From the NCBI GenBank assembly GCA_965112735.1, contig OZ218951.1:2790001-2854000 (forward strand): DNA of 64,000 nucleotides. The letters run 5' to 3'. The position numbers were made by a program, and so were the translations under genes. A model generated the notes under the pieces. It was not told where the DNA came from, made no database searches, and saw only the letters and a program-made list of their open reading frames with translations. Every line of letters begins with the position of its first letter. Position 1 is the stretch's first letter. The DNA comes from Phaeosaccion multiseriatum. Taxonomy: Eukaryota; Protista; Ochrophyta, other classes. Shown here piece by piece: positions 1-14,342 of this stretch.

Positions 1-261
1 TGCCCGAAGTACTCCCCAGATGGCAACAGACGTTTCGATCGCTCAACCTCCTCGAGAGGTTCTCCTCCCTCCCCGGCCACGTTCGCTCGTCGCCTCTGCC
101 TCTAACCCTTCTCCACTGACTTATGCCCCCTCCTTCTCCACACACATGTTGAGTGCATGTGTTTGTGTGGGGTGGGGATAGGGGGGGGGGGGGGGCATAA
201 AGAAAAAGAGACACACTGAAGACGTGCACAGGTGCTCTGTTGTCTGTCCAACAGACAACAG

Positions 262-302
<41 letters not shown>

Positions 303-350
303 CACGCACGCAGGTGGTGAGGTCTTGTGCATCTGTCCGTCCGGCCGTTG

Positions 351-790
351 CTATCTCTTGCCGAGCACCTCAAGAATCAAGTCCCTGCTGAGCGACTTGA
401 AGGCATCTGACTTGGTCACGAGGTCAAAGTGCCGCACAATAAAGCCCAGGCAGAGGTCCCTCAGCTGCAACGCGTTAAACTCATCGCTCATTTGTAGCAA
501 CACAGACGCGTTCTCAATGTTGATACCCTTTTGCAGCGTCAACTCGCACATGCTCTTGAGTCGGTCAATCGTGTACAAATCCGCGGCAATGTACAGCTCA
601 ATCGCATTCTCGGCGGAAATGTCCACCGTGTCGGAGTAAATGTACTCCATCAACGCTAGGAAAACAGGGTGACGAATATGCGGGATGACCACCTCCTTCT
701 CCACGCTCTCTCGCATGCCGGAGCTAAACATGGCGCGGAAGTGCTGGCAACGTACCGCCAGCACGGCTTTGTGGCAGTACACCGGCTGAC

Positions 791-825
<35 letters not shown>

Positions 826-2421
826 TTGGGCGTGTGTGTGTTTGGGGGGGGGGGGGCGGGTGAGTGAGTTGGTTGGTGGGTGTGAGTGTTGTGTGTGTGG
901 TGGCGGGGGTGAGGGGGGTTGGATGGGTGGGTGGTGGTGGTCGTAAGAAAACACGCTTGGATGCACCATGGTAAGCACAGACAAAAACGGAGGAGAGAGA
1001 GACCACTTTTGCCTTTCCCCCCTCCCCAGCTGCTCCTTGGTCTCACTCCATACTCCTCCATACTCCTCCATACTCCTCCTCCTCCTTACTCCTCCTCCTC
1101 ACCTCGACGATGAATGTAACGTCGCTAAAGTCCTGCTCTCCAATGAGATTCTTGAGGTCCATGAGGAAGGAAGAGTTTGCCGCCGCCGCCCCTCCATTCA
1201 CTCCGGGATCCACCAGTGCCGCTGTGTGTTCATTGTAGGACGCCACTTTGGTCACTCGAAGCGCGTTGAGAGGCTCCACCAGCCGAGGAACCGTCACCTG
1301 TGAGTAGGAGGAGGGAGAGAGGGAGGAGGAGGAGGAGGAGGAGGAGGAGGAGGAGGAGGAGGAGGAGGAGGAGGAGGAGCAGGAGTAGGACGAGGAGGAG
1401 AAGGAGTGGGAGGAAGAGGAGGAGGTGAGTGAGGAGGAGTACAAGAGAAGGACGGAACACAACCATTAGTCCCTCCTCTCATTCCCCCCCCCCCCGCCCC
1501 CCCCCACTCCTCCTCCTCCTCCTGCTGCTGTTGCCTTCTATCTAACCCACCTTGAGCACATCACCATGGCCGAGCTTTCCATGGTCCCCATTTCCCCATG
1601 TGTACACCTTGCCACTGTCGGTCAGGCCAACCGTATGACTCCATCCGCATGTGATTTGCACCAGCACACGCTTGTTCAGCGACTCTACCAGGCAAGGCGT
1701 CGTTTTGTTCACCTGTAGCAGTTGGCGATAGAGCAACCGCAACGGGCAACCAGGTGAGGAGGAGGAGAGGGAGGAGGAGGAGGTGGGGGAGGGGGAGGGG
1801 GAGGAGGAGGAGGAGGAGGAGGAGGAGGAGGAGGAGGAGGAGGAGGAGGAGGAGGAGGAGGAGGAGGAGGAGGGGGAGGAGGAGGAGGAGGAGGAGGAGG
1901 AGGGGAAATCCGATCCCGCTGACACCATCAATACGGCTAGGGAACTATCTCCCATGTTTCTCCCATTGCCCCCACCCCGACCATCCCCCATCCCCCACCC
2001 ACACACCCACACACACCCACACACACCCACACGCAGTCCCCTCTCCTATCCCACTCCCCTCCTCTCCTTTCCCTTTGTTGTCCCACTCGTCCCCTCTCCT
2101 CTCTTGCTCCCCTTGGGGTTTGTCCCACTCCTCACCTTGTCCCCATGCCCTAGCTGTCCGTGCTCTCCTCCACCCCATGTGTACAGCAGGCCATCCTCCG
2201 TGATGGCCGCGCTGTGGAAGCCCCCACACGCCACGTGCTTGACACGCTTGTCCAGGAGGTACTCAATCACGCGTGGGGTGGACTGATTCCGCTCACTGCA
2301 GTGCCCCAGCCGCCCGAACTTGCCTGAGGAGGAGGAGGAGGAGGAGGAGGAGCGAGGATGAGGAGGAGCAGGAAGAGGAGCGAGGAGGGGTGTGGGGGAG
2401 GGGAATATATACATAATATAT

Positions 2422-2452
<31 letters not shown>

Positions 2453-2957
2453 CTTTCTCTCTCTCACCTTCACCCCATGTATATACGTCTCCATCATCTG
2501 TGAGGCAGGCGGTGTGAAAGCCACATGCAGCCACCTGTCCCAAGGACGAGGCACAAGGGAGGAGGGACGAGGGATTCCATGGACAGGTACGAGGGGGGGG
2601 AGGAAGGCATTCAATGGTACGCAGGTCGGGGATGCAATTAGAGACAGAGAGGCATTGTTTCAGTTTCAGTTCATTGACCTCGATCACGAACAATGGACGT
2701 CCATAGTAGTCACAGTTCAGTTGAGTTCAGTTCAATGAGACAACTTAGCTAACCAACCTGCTTGATGTGCTTCCCTCTGAAGCCCTCCAACATGCGCGGC
2801 AAGTACTGATGTCCCTCCATCTCAGCGTGCCCCACCACACCATTCTCCTTGTCTCCCCACGTGTACACCTGACCGTCGCTAGACAGGACCGCGGTGTGTC
2901 GACTGCCGCACGCTATCTCCGTCACCTGTGTGTGTGGGTGGGTGTGTGGGTGTGTGG

Positions 2958-2989
<32 letters not shown>

Positions 2990-3207
2990 AAAGCAAAGTG
3001 CAAATCCCACACATGTAGACAGAGAGATATATAGGAAGATGAGTAGGTGGGTTGATGGATGGATAGATAGATGCAATACAGGCATGTAAGGAGAAGCAGT
3101 CGGAGTAAGGGCGGTGGAAGGAGGGGTGGAAGGAGTAAGCAAAGATGCCTCACCTCGCCCCAGCACAACAACAACAACAGCAACAACAACAACAAAAGAA
3201 CAACAGC

Positions 3208-3253
<46 letters not shown>

Positions 3254-4598
3254 CCAAGACACATTCTCCGCGCCCTACTTTGCCCCCCCCCCCCCCCTCA
3301 CCTTGACACCTTCCCTGTACAAGTGCTCCACTCTGTTGGGGGTGGAGTGCCCCCTCTCGTTACCGTGCCCGAGCTTGCCGTACATGCCGCCCCCCCACGT
3401 GTAGAGCTCTCCGTTGTCTGTCACTGCCGCGGTGTGGTAGCTCCCACACGTTGCCTGTTTGTTGTTGTTGTGTTGTTGTGTGTGTGTGAGAGAGAGAGAG
3501 AGAGAGTGCGGACAGCGACAAAGAGAATCACAAGTAAGGACGAAGTGCAAGTTTCGTGGTGAATCTCCATCTTGGTTGCACTTGCACAAGACGACACAGG
3601 CATATGATACGCAGATGAATCTCTTTCCCCCTGCTTCTATGAACAGAGCGGGTACAGACACAACAGGCCAGGCCCATGAGGCCCATGGGCATGGGCAAAG
3701 GAGAGGGAGGATGATGTACATCGCTAGAGAGGACGGACGGACCCCCCAGCCCGACAGACACACCAGCAGATGGCAGCAGATGGCAACAGATGGGCAGGCG
3801 CAGCTGACCCCCTCCCCTCCCCCCGTCCCCCTCCCTCATACCTGTACGATGTTCTTCCCCACCAACGCCTCGGCCAGCCTGGGCACGTACTTCCAGCCAT
3901 TGTCGCCGTGCCCCAGCCGACCGTCGTCCCCCCTGCCCCATGTGTAGACCTTGCCGTCCTCTGCGTGGGGGGTGTGGAGGGGAGTTGGGAAGATGAAGAA
4001 GACAAAGAGAGAGAGAGGGAGAGAGAGAGAGAGCAATGAGGGATATGCGACATTTCAATTAATAAGAGCGATGGGGGGTAACAGGTCTAGCCTACAAACG
4101 TCAGGGGTGTGCGAGATGGAAAGAACAAAAGAGTGCTTGCCCCCACGTTGCATGCAAACACGGTGTGCTGCTTACTTGTGAGAACGACGGTGTGGCCACT
4201 ACCGCAGGCGATCTGCACCACGTCCTTGGATTTGAGGGCGTCCACAAGAGTGGGGTTGCTTTGGTCGTTCGTGTCCCCAAGCCCGAGCTGGCCGTCCTCC
4301 CCTCTGCCCCAGGAAAACACTTGATGGGAAGGGCGGAGAGAAAGGGAGGGGGAGGTCGAAACGCGATGTACGTCCATCGTTCACGTGCCATGAGAAACGC
4401 GACAGCAGCAGCCAAGGCAGGGGGGGCGGGGGGGGGGGCGGGAGATTGAAGACTGAAGACTGAGTCGGAAGAGCGAGTTGCGGGCGGGTGAAGGAAGGGG
4501 GGAGGAAGAGGTGACAGGCAAAGCACATCTCTCAGCACGCCTTTCCATCGAGGAAGGAGATCTTGGTACTCACGTATTCCAGAGACAGGGTCCCCCAT
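351..4598 (-). CDS. RCC1-repeat + BTB/POZ domain protein (RCBTB-like), about 10 exons
   Basis: Spliced GT-AG exons give MGDPVSGILFSWGRGEDGQLGLGD...IACGSGHT, then repeated VYTWGxG..GxLGHG / xCGxxHT RCC1 blades. These are followed by FSDVTFIVE|GQPVYCHKAVLAVRCQHFRAMFSSGMRES...LMEYIYSD (BTB) and a BACK-like tail; stop at 351-353. Confidence 0.92.
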
Positions 4599-5698
4599 TG
4601 TCACCAGCGGCCCTCTCAGCAGAGAAAAGAGGAAGGGGGGAGATTTTCCTCCTTCTCCAATTTTTTTACGCCTACAAATTTACCCCCACAGCAGTGGCAG
4701 CTGTAGCAGCATTCCCTTCCGCCCCTCACTGACGAGCGGAATACTTCCCACCTCTCTCCTGTGCAAACGGAGGAAGAAGCGGCCAGCGGACAAGATGAAT
4801 GGAACGCGCGCAGCGGGTGGCGACCCCCCCCCTAATCGAAGCAACAGATTCCAACGCTAAATCACCAACTTCTCAAGAAAAAATCCATTCTCCATACTAC
4901 TGTAGTACCCCTTGATCTCGATCAATATCGACCCCGCGAAGGGGCTGTGGCCAGTAGTGAAACTCCACCCTAAGGCTTAAGGCCCGCAACTGGCTATGAC
5001 GCACATATCAAGTAGCGGGTGTCTCTTTCCCAATGAGGGAAAGGGAAAGAGAGGGGGTCTAGTAAACTGAAACTGAAACTGAAACTGAGGCCAAGCACAA
5101 GGCACCCGTACAAATCAAAAGTTCAAAGTCCAAGGCACGCTTGAAGACTGACTTGAAACAGAGAGCGCGCAAGAGAGAGAAGAGCCAGAGACGGCACCGC
5201 AGCACGGAGCATCCTCGTTGACAAAATCGTAAACACTCCCTCTCATTTCTTTTCTTCATGTGATGTTGGTCTGTACTGCCAGGCTTCTACAGGGAGCGAA
5301 CGAGGATGTTCCGTGCTGCGGCGCCGCCTCTGGGTTACTGATGTAATTAATCCTCTAGCGCTGGTTGTGGTACATGTTGTGCTCCATACTTTTTCTCTGT
5401 CTACGGCACCACACGGGCACACTCCCGCTGAGAATTACGTGCGAGAGGAAGCTTACAAGCATTTGTCCCTGTCGCCTCTCCGACCTCTCCTCTATCTGCA
5501 CAACCTACCAGCCGCCCAGACGCCTCCCTGATGCTATGTCCTCACCCTTTCTCCCCTTTCCCCCCCAATTGGTACCAGGGAATGGACTGGGCAGGACTCT
5601 TATGCACCACGTCGCCTCCTCCTCTGAGCAAGTCCATGAATATACTGCATACAGACTGCGGCGCTTCTTAATCTTCTTCAAGGCCACGCATTCCTCTC

Positions 5699-6400
5699 TC
5701 AGTCCTCGCAGTCGCAGGGGTGGCCGTTGTCGTGCACCCACTGCTTTATGTCCTCAAACACCTCATTCCTCCCCGCATCCCACTCACCCTGGTTGAGCAG
5801 TACCTCAGGGCGAGAGGCTTCGTCCCATGCACACATGACGCTCTCGGATCGCAGCCACTGCAATATTGGCAGGCTCTTGGCATGGCCGACAGCGGTGAAA
5901 CACACACTTTCCCATTCGCACAGGTCATGAGTTTGCATGCAGCCAGCGCAGCGCCTCCAACTTTCCCTTCAACGCAGCAAACAAAGCTCCCGTTCGCCAC
6001 GAGCCTCCCCCTGCCGCATTCAGCTTAGGCCTCACCCTGGGGTGGTTCACAAGGATTTCCAGCACATTGACGTGTACCTCTCGTACAGGCGCTAGCCAAA
6101 CCATGAAGGCAAATGGTGCATTCGCCTCTTTGACAGCATGAGCATTTTTATCGATCGCAACATTCCTCGTTCCACGGGCACGGGTTCTTGTCGGGCAGGT
6201 CTTTGGATCGGAGCCACAGCTTGGCACTTCAAGGCAGCGGCTTCACACAGTTCCTCGTCCCATGCACAGCCGTGGCGATGGAGGGCCTCGCAGATGGGGT
6301 TATCCCCATTTGGCCGCTCCTACAAACGTGTCAACGGAGCAAGGCTGAAGGCTCCTCCGCGTCAAAGGTCGTCTGTGCAGAAGAAGCACCTCCATGTGCT
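5699..6400 (-). pseudogene. Frameshifted paralog of the ankyrin-like ORF at 40149-41138
   Basis: Fragments in different frames (ICEALHRHGCAWDEELC; VNVLEILVNHPRVRP; LQWLRSESVMCAWD...IKQWVHDNGHPCDCED) align with the 40149-41138 protein. The DNA ACACATGACGCTCTCGGATCGCAGCCACTGCA is shared (5831 and 40281). The 5' boundary is approximate. Confidence 0.8.
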
Positions 6401-6642
6401 CCCCTTACTTGAAGTCTTGATCCTCTTCTCCTCCCCCCCGCCGACCTGGCCTCGAGAGAAGTGGAGATGGCACTAAATGGGGGGCTCTCCTCGTCTAATT
6501 AAATTCTCAATTCAATTCCCCTCCTTCCATCTCTCCACCAAAGCCTGCAAACATACCCAAAGATGCCACCCTCTTGAAGGAAGGAGTCTGTGCTTAGGTC
6601 CTCTCTACTTCTGGGGGCGGGGGGATCAACTCCCTGGTTATA

Positions 6643-8027
6643 ATGCAGCATGCACATCTCTTCTTCATCCTCTCCTTCGCCTCCTTCCTCAAACCATGGA
6701 CGGGGGTGCAAGGATTTACCGCCCCTGTGCCCAGAGCACAGGTGAGATGCAGCAGTAAGAGTCATGGCTCCTCTTCATCGAGCTCTTCGAGCGCAGCAAC
6801 CACAGCCCTGGTGCGAGTGGGACTCACAATGCCCAGCAGCAGCCGAGCAAGTTGTTTAAGACCAAGCCTATCCTGGAGGGGACGAGGGTCCTCTATCCCG
6901 CTGACGGGACTAAATGGAAAAATGGACGACCTGGCCCTCACTGCGGAGGGTAGGGAGGAGCTCAAGCGGGAAGCGGAGAAGCTAATGGCGAAGGCCAAGG
7001 TTGCGCGCCAAGAGGCAGAGGCGATGGCGGTGCGTGTGTGTGTGTGGGGGGGGGGGGCACGAGAGAGGAAGAGGGAGGAGTGGGCGCAGCGTGAGGATAG
7101 GAGGAAGATGTGCTTTGTAGGTACTCGACGCCTTGTGCTGAGGTTTCACTGTGCGTTCGTTATACATACCCCACCCCCCTTGACCTGGACCTTGTGCACT
7201 TCCGCCCTGCCCTTCCTCTTCTTCACGTTGCTGTGCATACACATGGATTTGTGGGTTGGTTTGTTGTGTTGATTGTGGCAAACAGGCGGAGGCGAGTGTG
7301 AGCCGCCTGGCCGTCGAGGCGATGAAAGAGAAGAGCGACGCAGTCAAGAGAGGGAGAAGAGAGGTGAAGGAGGAGGAGGAGCGAGCAGCGCGAAGGAGGC
7401 AAGGCGCAGCAGCCCGCAGACGCATGATCGAAACCATGGCAAGAGCCACCACCTCAGCAGGAGAAGGAGGAGCAGTTGGGGATACAGGAGCAGGAAGCAG
7501 GAGCGGAGCAACCCCGACCAGGGTGCAGATGGAGAATCAGTACATCCGAGACCTGCTCGTGCGTTACGTGGAGTCAAGAAACAGTGCAGCTCTCCCTCAG
7601 GCACTGGAGGGGGTGGACCTCTTCCAACCGGGGAGCAGCACCAGCGAGATCATGGCAGACGTGATTGACTTCTTCGGAGTGCTGGAGAGCATGGGGGGGG
7701 AAGGTGAGAGTTGAGTTTGAGTTTGAGTTTGAGTTGGCTGGTGATGATTAGGGTGTTGTGTGCCTCTCTTTCGACGTGCTCACTGACTGACCCTCACCCG
7801 CTTACTCACTAACTTGACTTTGCTTGCTCTGATCTGCTATCTATAACCCTTCCTTCCCGCAGCGAGGGAGGCGGGCAAAGAGGCGTACCTGAAAGACGTT
7901 CTGAGGGCCCTCAACGCCTTCGCCCGCTCCCTCGACGACAACAAGCTCCTGCACACGCAGCTCGTGCAAGTCGAGAACCCCAAGGTAACGGGAGGGAGGC
8001 GTGGGGGGGCGTGTGTTTGTGCATGTA

Positions 8028-8058
<31 letters not shown>

Positions 8059-10595
8059 GTGTGTGTGTGTGCGTGTACGTGGGCTCGGTCTGAAGGCATA
8101 TACATACCTACGTAAACTCTCACATTTCGTTTTCTGGCAAGTCCTTGTTACCATCACATTGTGAACAGTACCCCCTCTGCCGGTTGCCTCCCTTCTGCCC
8201 GTCAACCCCTGTGCCCTCCCCCTCTCTCCCCTTCCTTCCCTCCCTCCCTCCCTCCTCCTCCGCCCCATCCACTGCCATCTACCCCCCCACCCCCCCAGTA
8301 CGGCGCCAAGTGGACGAGTTTCCACGAGCGGCTGCAGGAGGTGCTGCATGAAACAGACCCTGCCTCCAGGGAGCGCTTCATGTTCCTGCTCGCCTTCAAA
8401 GCCGCCATGAAGGAGGTACGTGTGTGTGTTCGTGGTGTACAAGTACATGTGTTGGTGGTATACAAGGGAATCGGTCTCTCAACCTCTCTGCTCTCCCTCT
8501 CCCTCTCCCTGCCGCGTCTCTCTCCCTCCCTCCCTCTCTTTGGTGGTGTGTATCAAGGTGGAGGCAAGCAAGAACTGCTTCAGTGTGTTCCATCACATGG
8601 CCTTCCTGTGGGGCGTGGGAGCCGAGCCAGGCAAGCTGCTTCCCCTCGACGCACCCGCTCTCATCGGCATCTACGACAACTCACTCGGAGAGGGCCAGGT
8701 GGGTGGGAACAAAAGTAATTGGGTGGGTGATACGTGGGTACGTGGGGGGGGTACATGAGTGAGTGGGTGAGTGCGTAGAGCCGGATACAGTGGATGGATG
8801 GGGTGGGTGGGCGGATGGGTGGCGTGGGATGGGCTGGAGCTGCCTGCTTGACGGATAGACTGACCTTCCTTCCTTCCTTTCTTCCTTCCTTCCTTCCTTC
8901 CTTTCTCCTTGGTACCACGTCACATCACCATAGACTGCCGTATTCTTCCAGCACGCCCTCACTCCTCGGCTCGGGGACTGGAGGGAGGCCCTACAGGGTA
9001 TGAAGGATATGGACAAGGAGCAGGAGGAGCGAGAGCTCGAGACTCTGAGGCAGCAGCACCTGCAGCAGCTGGTGATACGGCAGCAGCTGCAGTTACAGCC
9101 GCAGAGCGAGAGTAGTACGAGGGGTGGTGAGCTTGCTACGCTCACCACCAAGAATGAAGAGGCGGAGGGGAAGGAGGAAGGGGGGTCGTCGCTGCACTGG
9201 CGAGAGGAGAGGAGGAAGTGCAAGGAGGAGGAGGCCCGGCAGCTGGAGGGACAGGCCATTCAGCAGCTGAAGCGATGGCAGCAGACGCAGCAGGATACAC
9301 AGCAGGAAACAAGGCGGCTTGACGAGCTCACTGCCTTCCTCAGGAGGGAAGGTAATGACCAACGTGGCGGTGATGCTAGTGGCGAGGAAGAGGAGAAGAA
9401 GAAGGAGGAGGAGGAGGAGGAGGAGGAGGAGGAGGAGGAAGACGCGGATCAAACCCGTGCAGCGGCAGCCGCAGGGGCCGCAGCAGCGTCCTTGGCCATG
9501 GGGAGGCGGGCCTTGGACGACGAGAGGAAGATGTTCCCCTCCGTCCTCGCAAGTAAGTATAGGGGGGTCGTAAGCAAGTGTGTGTGTTGCAAGCAAGTGT
9601 GTGTGTGTTGCAAGCAAGTGTGTGTGTGTTGCAAGCAAGTGTGTGTGTGTGTTGCGAGCAAGTGTGTGTGTGTGTTGCAAGCAAGTGTGTGTGTGTGTTG
9701 CAAGCAAGTGTGTGTGTGTTGCAAGCAAGTGTGTGTGTGTGTGTTGCGAGCAAGGGCAGTGTGTGTGTTGCAAGCAAGTGTGTGTGTGTTGCGAGCAAGT
9801 GTGTGTGTTGCGAGCAAGTGTGTGTGTTGCAAGCAAGTTTGTGTATTGCGAGCAAGTGTGTGCGTGTTTTGCAAGGTTCAAGGAGGCAAGAAGGGAAGTT
9901 TTTTGGTGGGGGGAGAACGGAACTACTTTGCAGTACCGTTTTGCTCTGTTGCTCTGTTGCCTTTGCTTTTCTCTTCCCAGCCTTGTTGTGACCTTTTTGT
10001 CTTGTCTATCGCTCCGTGTCATTGTTGCTGCTGTCTGTAGATGGGCCGAATGCGGGCGGCAAGAGGCGGCGGAAGAGGCCTCAGCCTGTGGACTCCGTGG
10101 CGTTGCTTGAGCGACTCAACGACTATCATTTCATGGAGGGGCTCAAGAGGCGGTGAGTCAGGCACTGGAGCAGTTGGTGATACAGCACAGAGCAGAGCAG
10201 TTGGTGATCCACAACAGTTTGTGATACAGCGCAGAAAGGGGCAGAGGTATATGGGCAGGGCAGAGAAGAGCAGAGCACAGCGAGTCAGTCAGTTCCACCC
10301 ACAACCTTGTCAGATGAACTTCTGTTCCTCTCCTCCCCACCTACCTTCCCTCACCCCACCTCCTCCTCCTCCTCCTCCTCCTCTCCAACCCCCCTCCCCT
10401 GCCCCCCCCCCCACTACTCAGCCTGCACATCGAGGGTGCTGACTTACCCGTGATGGCGTCCATGCAAGGGGTGGATCGCCAGGAGGGGGTCATCGGAGGC
10501 AGGGCGGACTTGGCACGAGTCATAGAGGGAGCGCTCAATGCTATTTCGGGCCCCTTAGGCTCGGATGATGACGATGACGGCAACGTCGGCTCCTC

Positions 10596-10652
<57 letters not shown>

Positions 10653-13600
10653 GCAGCAAAGACAGATTGGGTCCGGCGCTTTGGGGGGTGGAGGGGGAGG
10701 AGGGGCGGGGACCATGACGGCGAGAGCAGGAATGACAACCACGTCCACGGCATCAGCAGCAGCAGTTGGTGGTACAGCAGCAGCAACTCCATCAGCAGCA
10801 CCAGGTGGTGCAGTATTTGGTGACGCAGCAGTCGCCGAGGGGGACACACGCACGCTCCTGCCCATCCCCAGGGGGGCTCTGGCCATGATGTGGGACAAAG
10901 ACCCCGTCTCGGACAAGGTGCGTGTGTGTGTGTGTCCTCCTCATCATCCTCCTCCTCCTCATCATCATCATCCTCCTCCTCCTCCTCCACCTCCACCTCC
11001 TCCTCCTCCTCCTCCTCCTCCTCCTCCTCCCCGTCCTCACCCCCTCACCCCCCCTCCTCCTGCCTCCTCTCCCTTCCCTCCCCACCCACATACACGCACG
11101 CACGCACCGTACCCTCCGTCCACACACACACGCACACTGCACTACGTGCACCCCCACAGGTCATGAACCAAGACACGTACCTCGTCAAGAAGTGCCGTAA
11201 GATGGGGAACTACATGGCGCTGCTGAGGGGCCAATTCAGAAGGGCAGACAGGGCGGAGGCTGTCAAGGAGATCGAGCGGAGGATGAAGGAGAAGGGCCTC
11301 GACAAGGTGGGTGGGTAGTGGGCCTGTGTGGGGGGGGGGGGGGGGAGTGGGTGGGCGTGTGGGTGCGTGCGTGCGTGCGTGCATGCGACTACCTGTTCCT
11401 ACCATCCAATATCGACCCTCCCTGCCCTCCTCTACCCTCCAATGTCGACCTCCTCTACCCTCTAATATCGACCTCCTCTACCCTCCAGTATCGACCCCCT
11501 CTACCCTCCAATGTCGACCTCCTCTACCCTCCAATATCGACCTCCTCTACCCTCCAATATCGACCTCCTCTACCCTCCAGTATCGACCTCCTCTACCCTC
11601 CAGTATCGACCCTCTCTACCCTCCAATATCGACCTCCTACCCTCCAGTATCGACCCTCTCTACCCTCCAATGTCGACCTCCTCTACCCTCCATTATCGAC
11701 CTCCTCTACCCTCCAATATCAACCTCCTCTACCCTCCAATGTCGACCTCCTCTACCCTCTAATATCGACCTCCTGTACCCTCCAGTATTGACCTCCTCTA
11801 CCCTCTAATATCGACCCCCTCTACCCTCTAATATCAACCCCCTCTACCCTCTTCAGGTGCTCCAACTGTTCCTCTTGGAGGACAAGGTGACGATCGAGAC
11901 TCTCGAGGAGCAGGACGTGTACGTGGAGAAGGGAGACGCCAACTACCCGGACCCGGTGTTCCTTGTGCTGGCAAAGGGCACCAGGCCAGACCCGCAAGGA
12001 GGGGGGATGCTGGCCTTGGCAGGTGAGGGGAAGGGGAATTAATGGGGGGGGGGGGGGGCTGACGAATTGTATTGGGGATAAATAAGACTGTCTATATCGA
12101 CTCTCTATGTATCGACTCTCTATATCGACTCTCTATATATCGACTCCTCCTATTTCAACGTGTATTTGCCCTAACCTTCCTTCCTAACGCGACGCTTTGT
12201 CGGCAGGGGCGTGGGGTGCAAGTGCGTTAACGAGTGCAGCGCTGGCGTTGAAGTTCTACAGTCTCAGCCCCGCCCAGCAAGCCGTCATGGCAGGTGGCGA
12301 CTGGGCGGGGGCAGCCGGGACCGTGCTGCCGTTGGCGGCCATGATCCTGGCGCTGCAGGTGAGTGAGGGAGTGAGGGAGTGAGGGAGTGAGGGAGTGTGG
12401 GGGGAGGGGGAGGGAGGGAGAGAGAGAGAGAGCTGCTGGCTTTTCGTCTCCGTCTGCGGCCGCAGTTCTGCCTCAATCACTGTACCCTTGTACCGCCTTC
12501 GACTTTTGCCCCTATACCCCCTTCCCCTATACCCTACACACCCTCTATACCCCCCCCCCCTGTCCAGGCGGTGCACGACCTCGGTCACTACTTCGTTGCG
12601 TCCTCTCAGGGCCTCTCTGTGGAGCCACCCCGCCCCATCCCCTCCCTCTTCGGGGGGGTGGCAGGCGCCCTCATGCCGCTCAAAGGGTTCGCAGAGAACG
12701 TGAGTGTGGGAGGGAGGGAGGGAGAGAGGGAGGGAGGGAGTGGATGGGATGCACGGACTTGACTGACTCCATCACTCCCTCCTTCCCTTGACTGACTCCA
12801 TCACTCACTCCCTCCCTCCTTCCTCTCGTACCCGCCTCCCTCCCTCCCTCCCTCGGCAACACAGCGGGCAGCCCTCTTCGACTTTGCCCTTGCCGGGCCC
12901 GCTGCAGGCTTCCTGGCGTCTCTCGGCGTGCTATGTGGAGGTCTTGTGCTCACACAGGGGGCCTCGGTGGAGGAGGTAGCGTCGGCCTTCCCGTGCATAC
13001 CTGCCGCGGTGCTTCATCAGAGCTTTCTCATCAGTGGGGTGACGGAGCTCCTCATGCCAGGGTGAGGGATGAAGGGAGGGAAGGAGAAGGGGAGGGGGAA
13101 GGAGGACTGACCACTTTGTGTGTGTGTCCTATGTGTGTCCTGTGTGTGTCCTGTGTGTGCAAGTGCGTATCTCGGTGGGTGTGTGGTTGTGTGTGTGGTT
13201 GGGCGGGTATTGCTTACATCGATGGCACATATACACGACCGATCTTGTCTATTCCTCTATCTCTCTGTCTGCCTTTGTATCTACTTTGCCTTACATCTCT
13301 TATCCCTTTGTCTTTCCGTCCATCCATCCATCCGTCCGCTTCTGTCCATCCGTCTCTTATCTCTACATCGATATGGACATGTGAATATCGATATCGACAT
13401 CGATATGGACCTCTTATTATCGATATCGACATCGATATGGACCTCTTATTATCGATATCGACATCGATCTCTGTATGTAATGTCAAGGTACATTACTGGG
13501 ACGCCGGATGTGGCGAACTTGGCCTTGCACTTCCATCCTGCGGCCCTGGCCGGCATGATGGTGAGCGGGCAGGAGATCGATGGAGGGAGTGAGAGTGGAG

Positions 13601-14309
13601 GGGAGGGAGGGGTGGATCACTTGTCTCCCTGCGTCACAGCGTTTCGTGTGGCCCCGTTCATTGACTTCCCTCTCCTCCCACCATCCCCCTTCTTCCTCCT
13701 CCTCCTCCTCCTCCTCCTCCTCCTCCTCCTCCTCCTCCTCCTCCGCCTCCTGTATCACCAACTGCTGTAGGGCCTGGTGTCTAACGCCCTTCAGCTCATC
13801 CCCTTCGGAGACTCCGACGGCTCTGTAGCCATCAACTCCGCTGCAGAGGGCTTCGAGGAAGTGGCCACGACTCTCTTCGGCTTGGGGAGCCTCTTCACCC
13901 TCGTAAGTCCACCTTCCCCTCGCCCACCCAGTCACCCACCCACACCCCCGCGCACCCACTGACCCACCTTTCCCACACACACCCGCCCGCCCTTCCCACC
14001 CCGCTCACGAACCCACCCTTCCCCTACCCACCCTTGCTCATCCCCCTCCCCCTCTTCCCCCTTCCCCTCCACCGCCCGGTCCTTAGTTGTTCTGTGGTGT
14101 GTTCAAGGGCAACAACGAGCTCCTTGCCTACGCCGCCGTGCTGCTCCTCTTCTACCGCCGAGAGCCCATGTTGTGCAGGAACGAGGTACGATCGATCGAT
14201 GGACAAAGGGGGGGTGGTGGTGACAGCGGCGCATCGGCTCACAGCAAATGCCCTCTCTGTCTCTCCTCTCTATCTGTCTGTCTGTCTGCCTGTCTTTTCT
14301 ATTTGTCTA

Positions 14310-14342
<33 letters not shown>

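Noticed and set aside
9093-10110. Cys-rich metallothionein-like ORF (CCKQVCV)n
   Set aside because: It is the translation of an intronic (GT)n minisatellite between a GTAAGT donor and a TAG acceptor.
11405-11852. CRISPR array
   Set aside because: Contiguous tandem units without unique spacers, inside a spliceosomal intron, and no cas genes.
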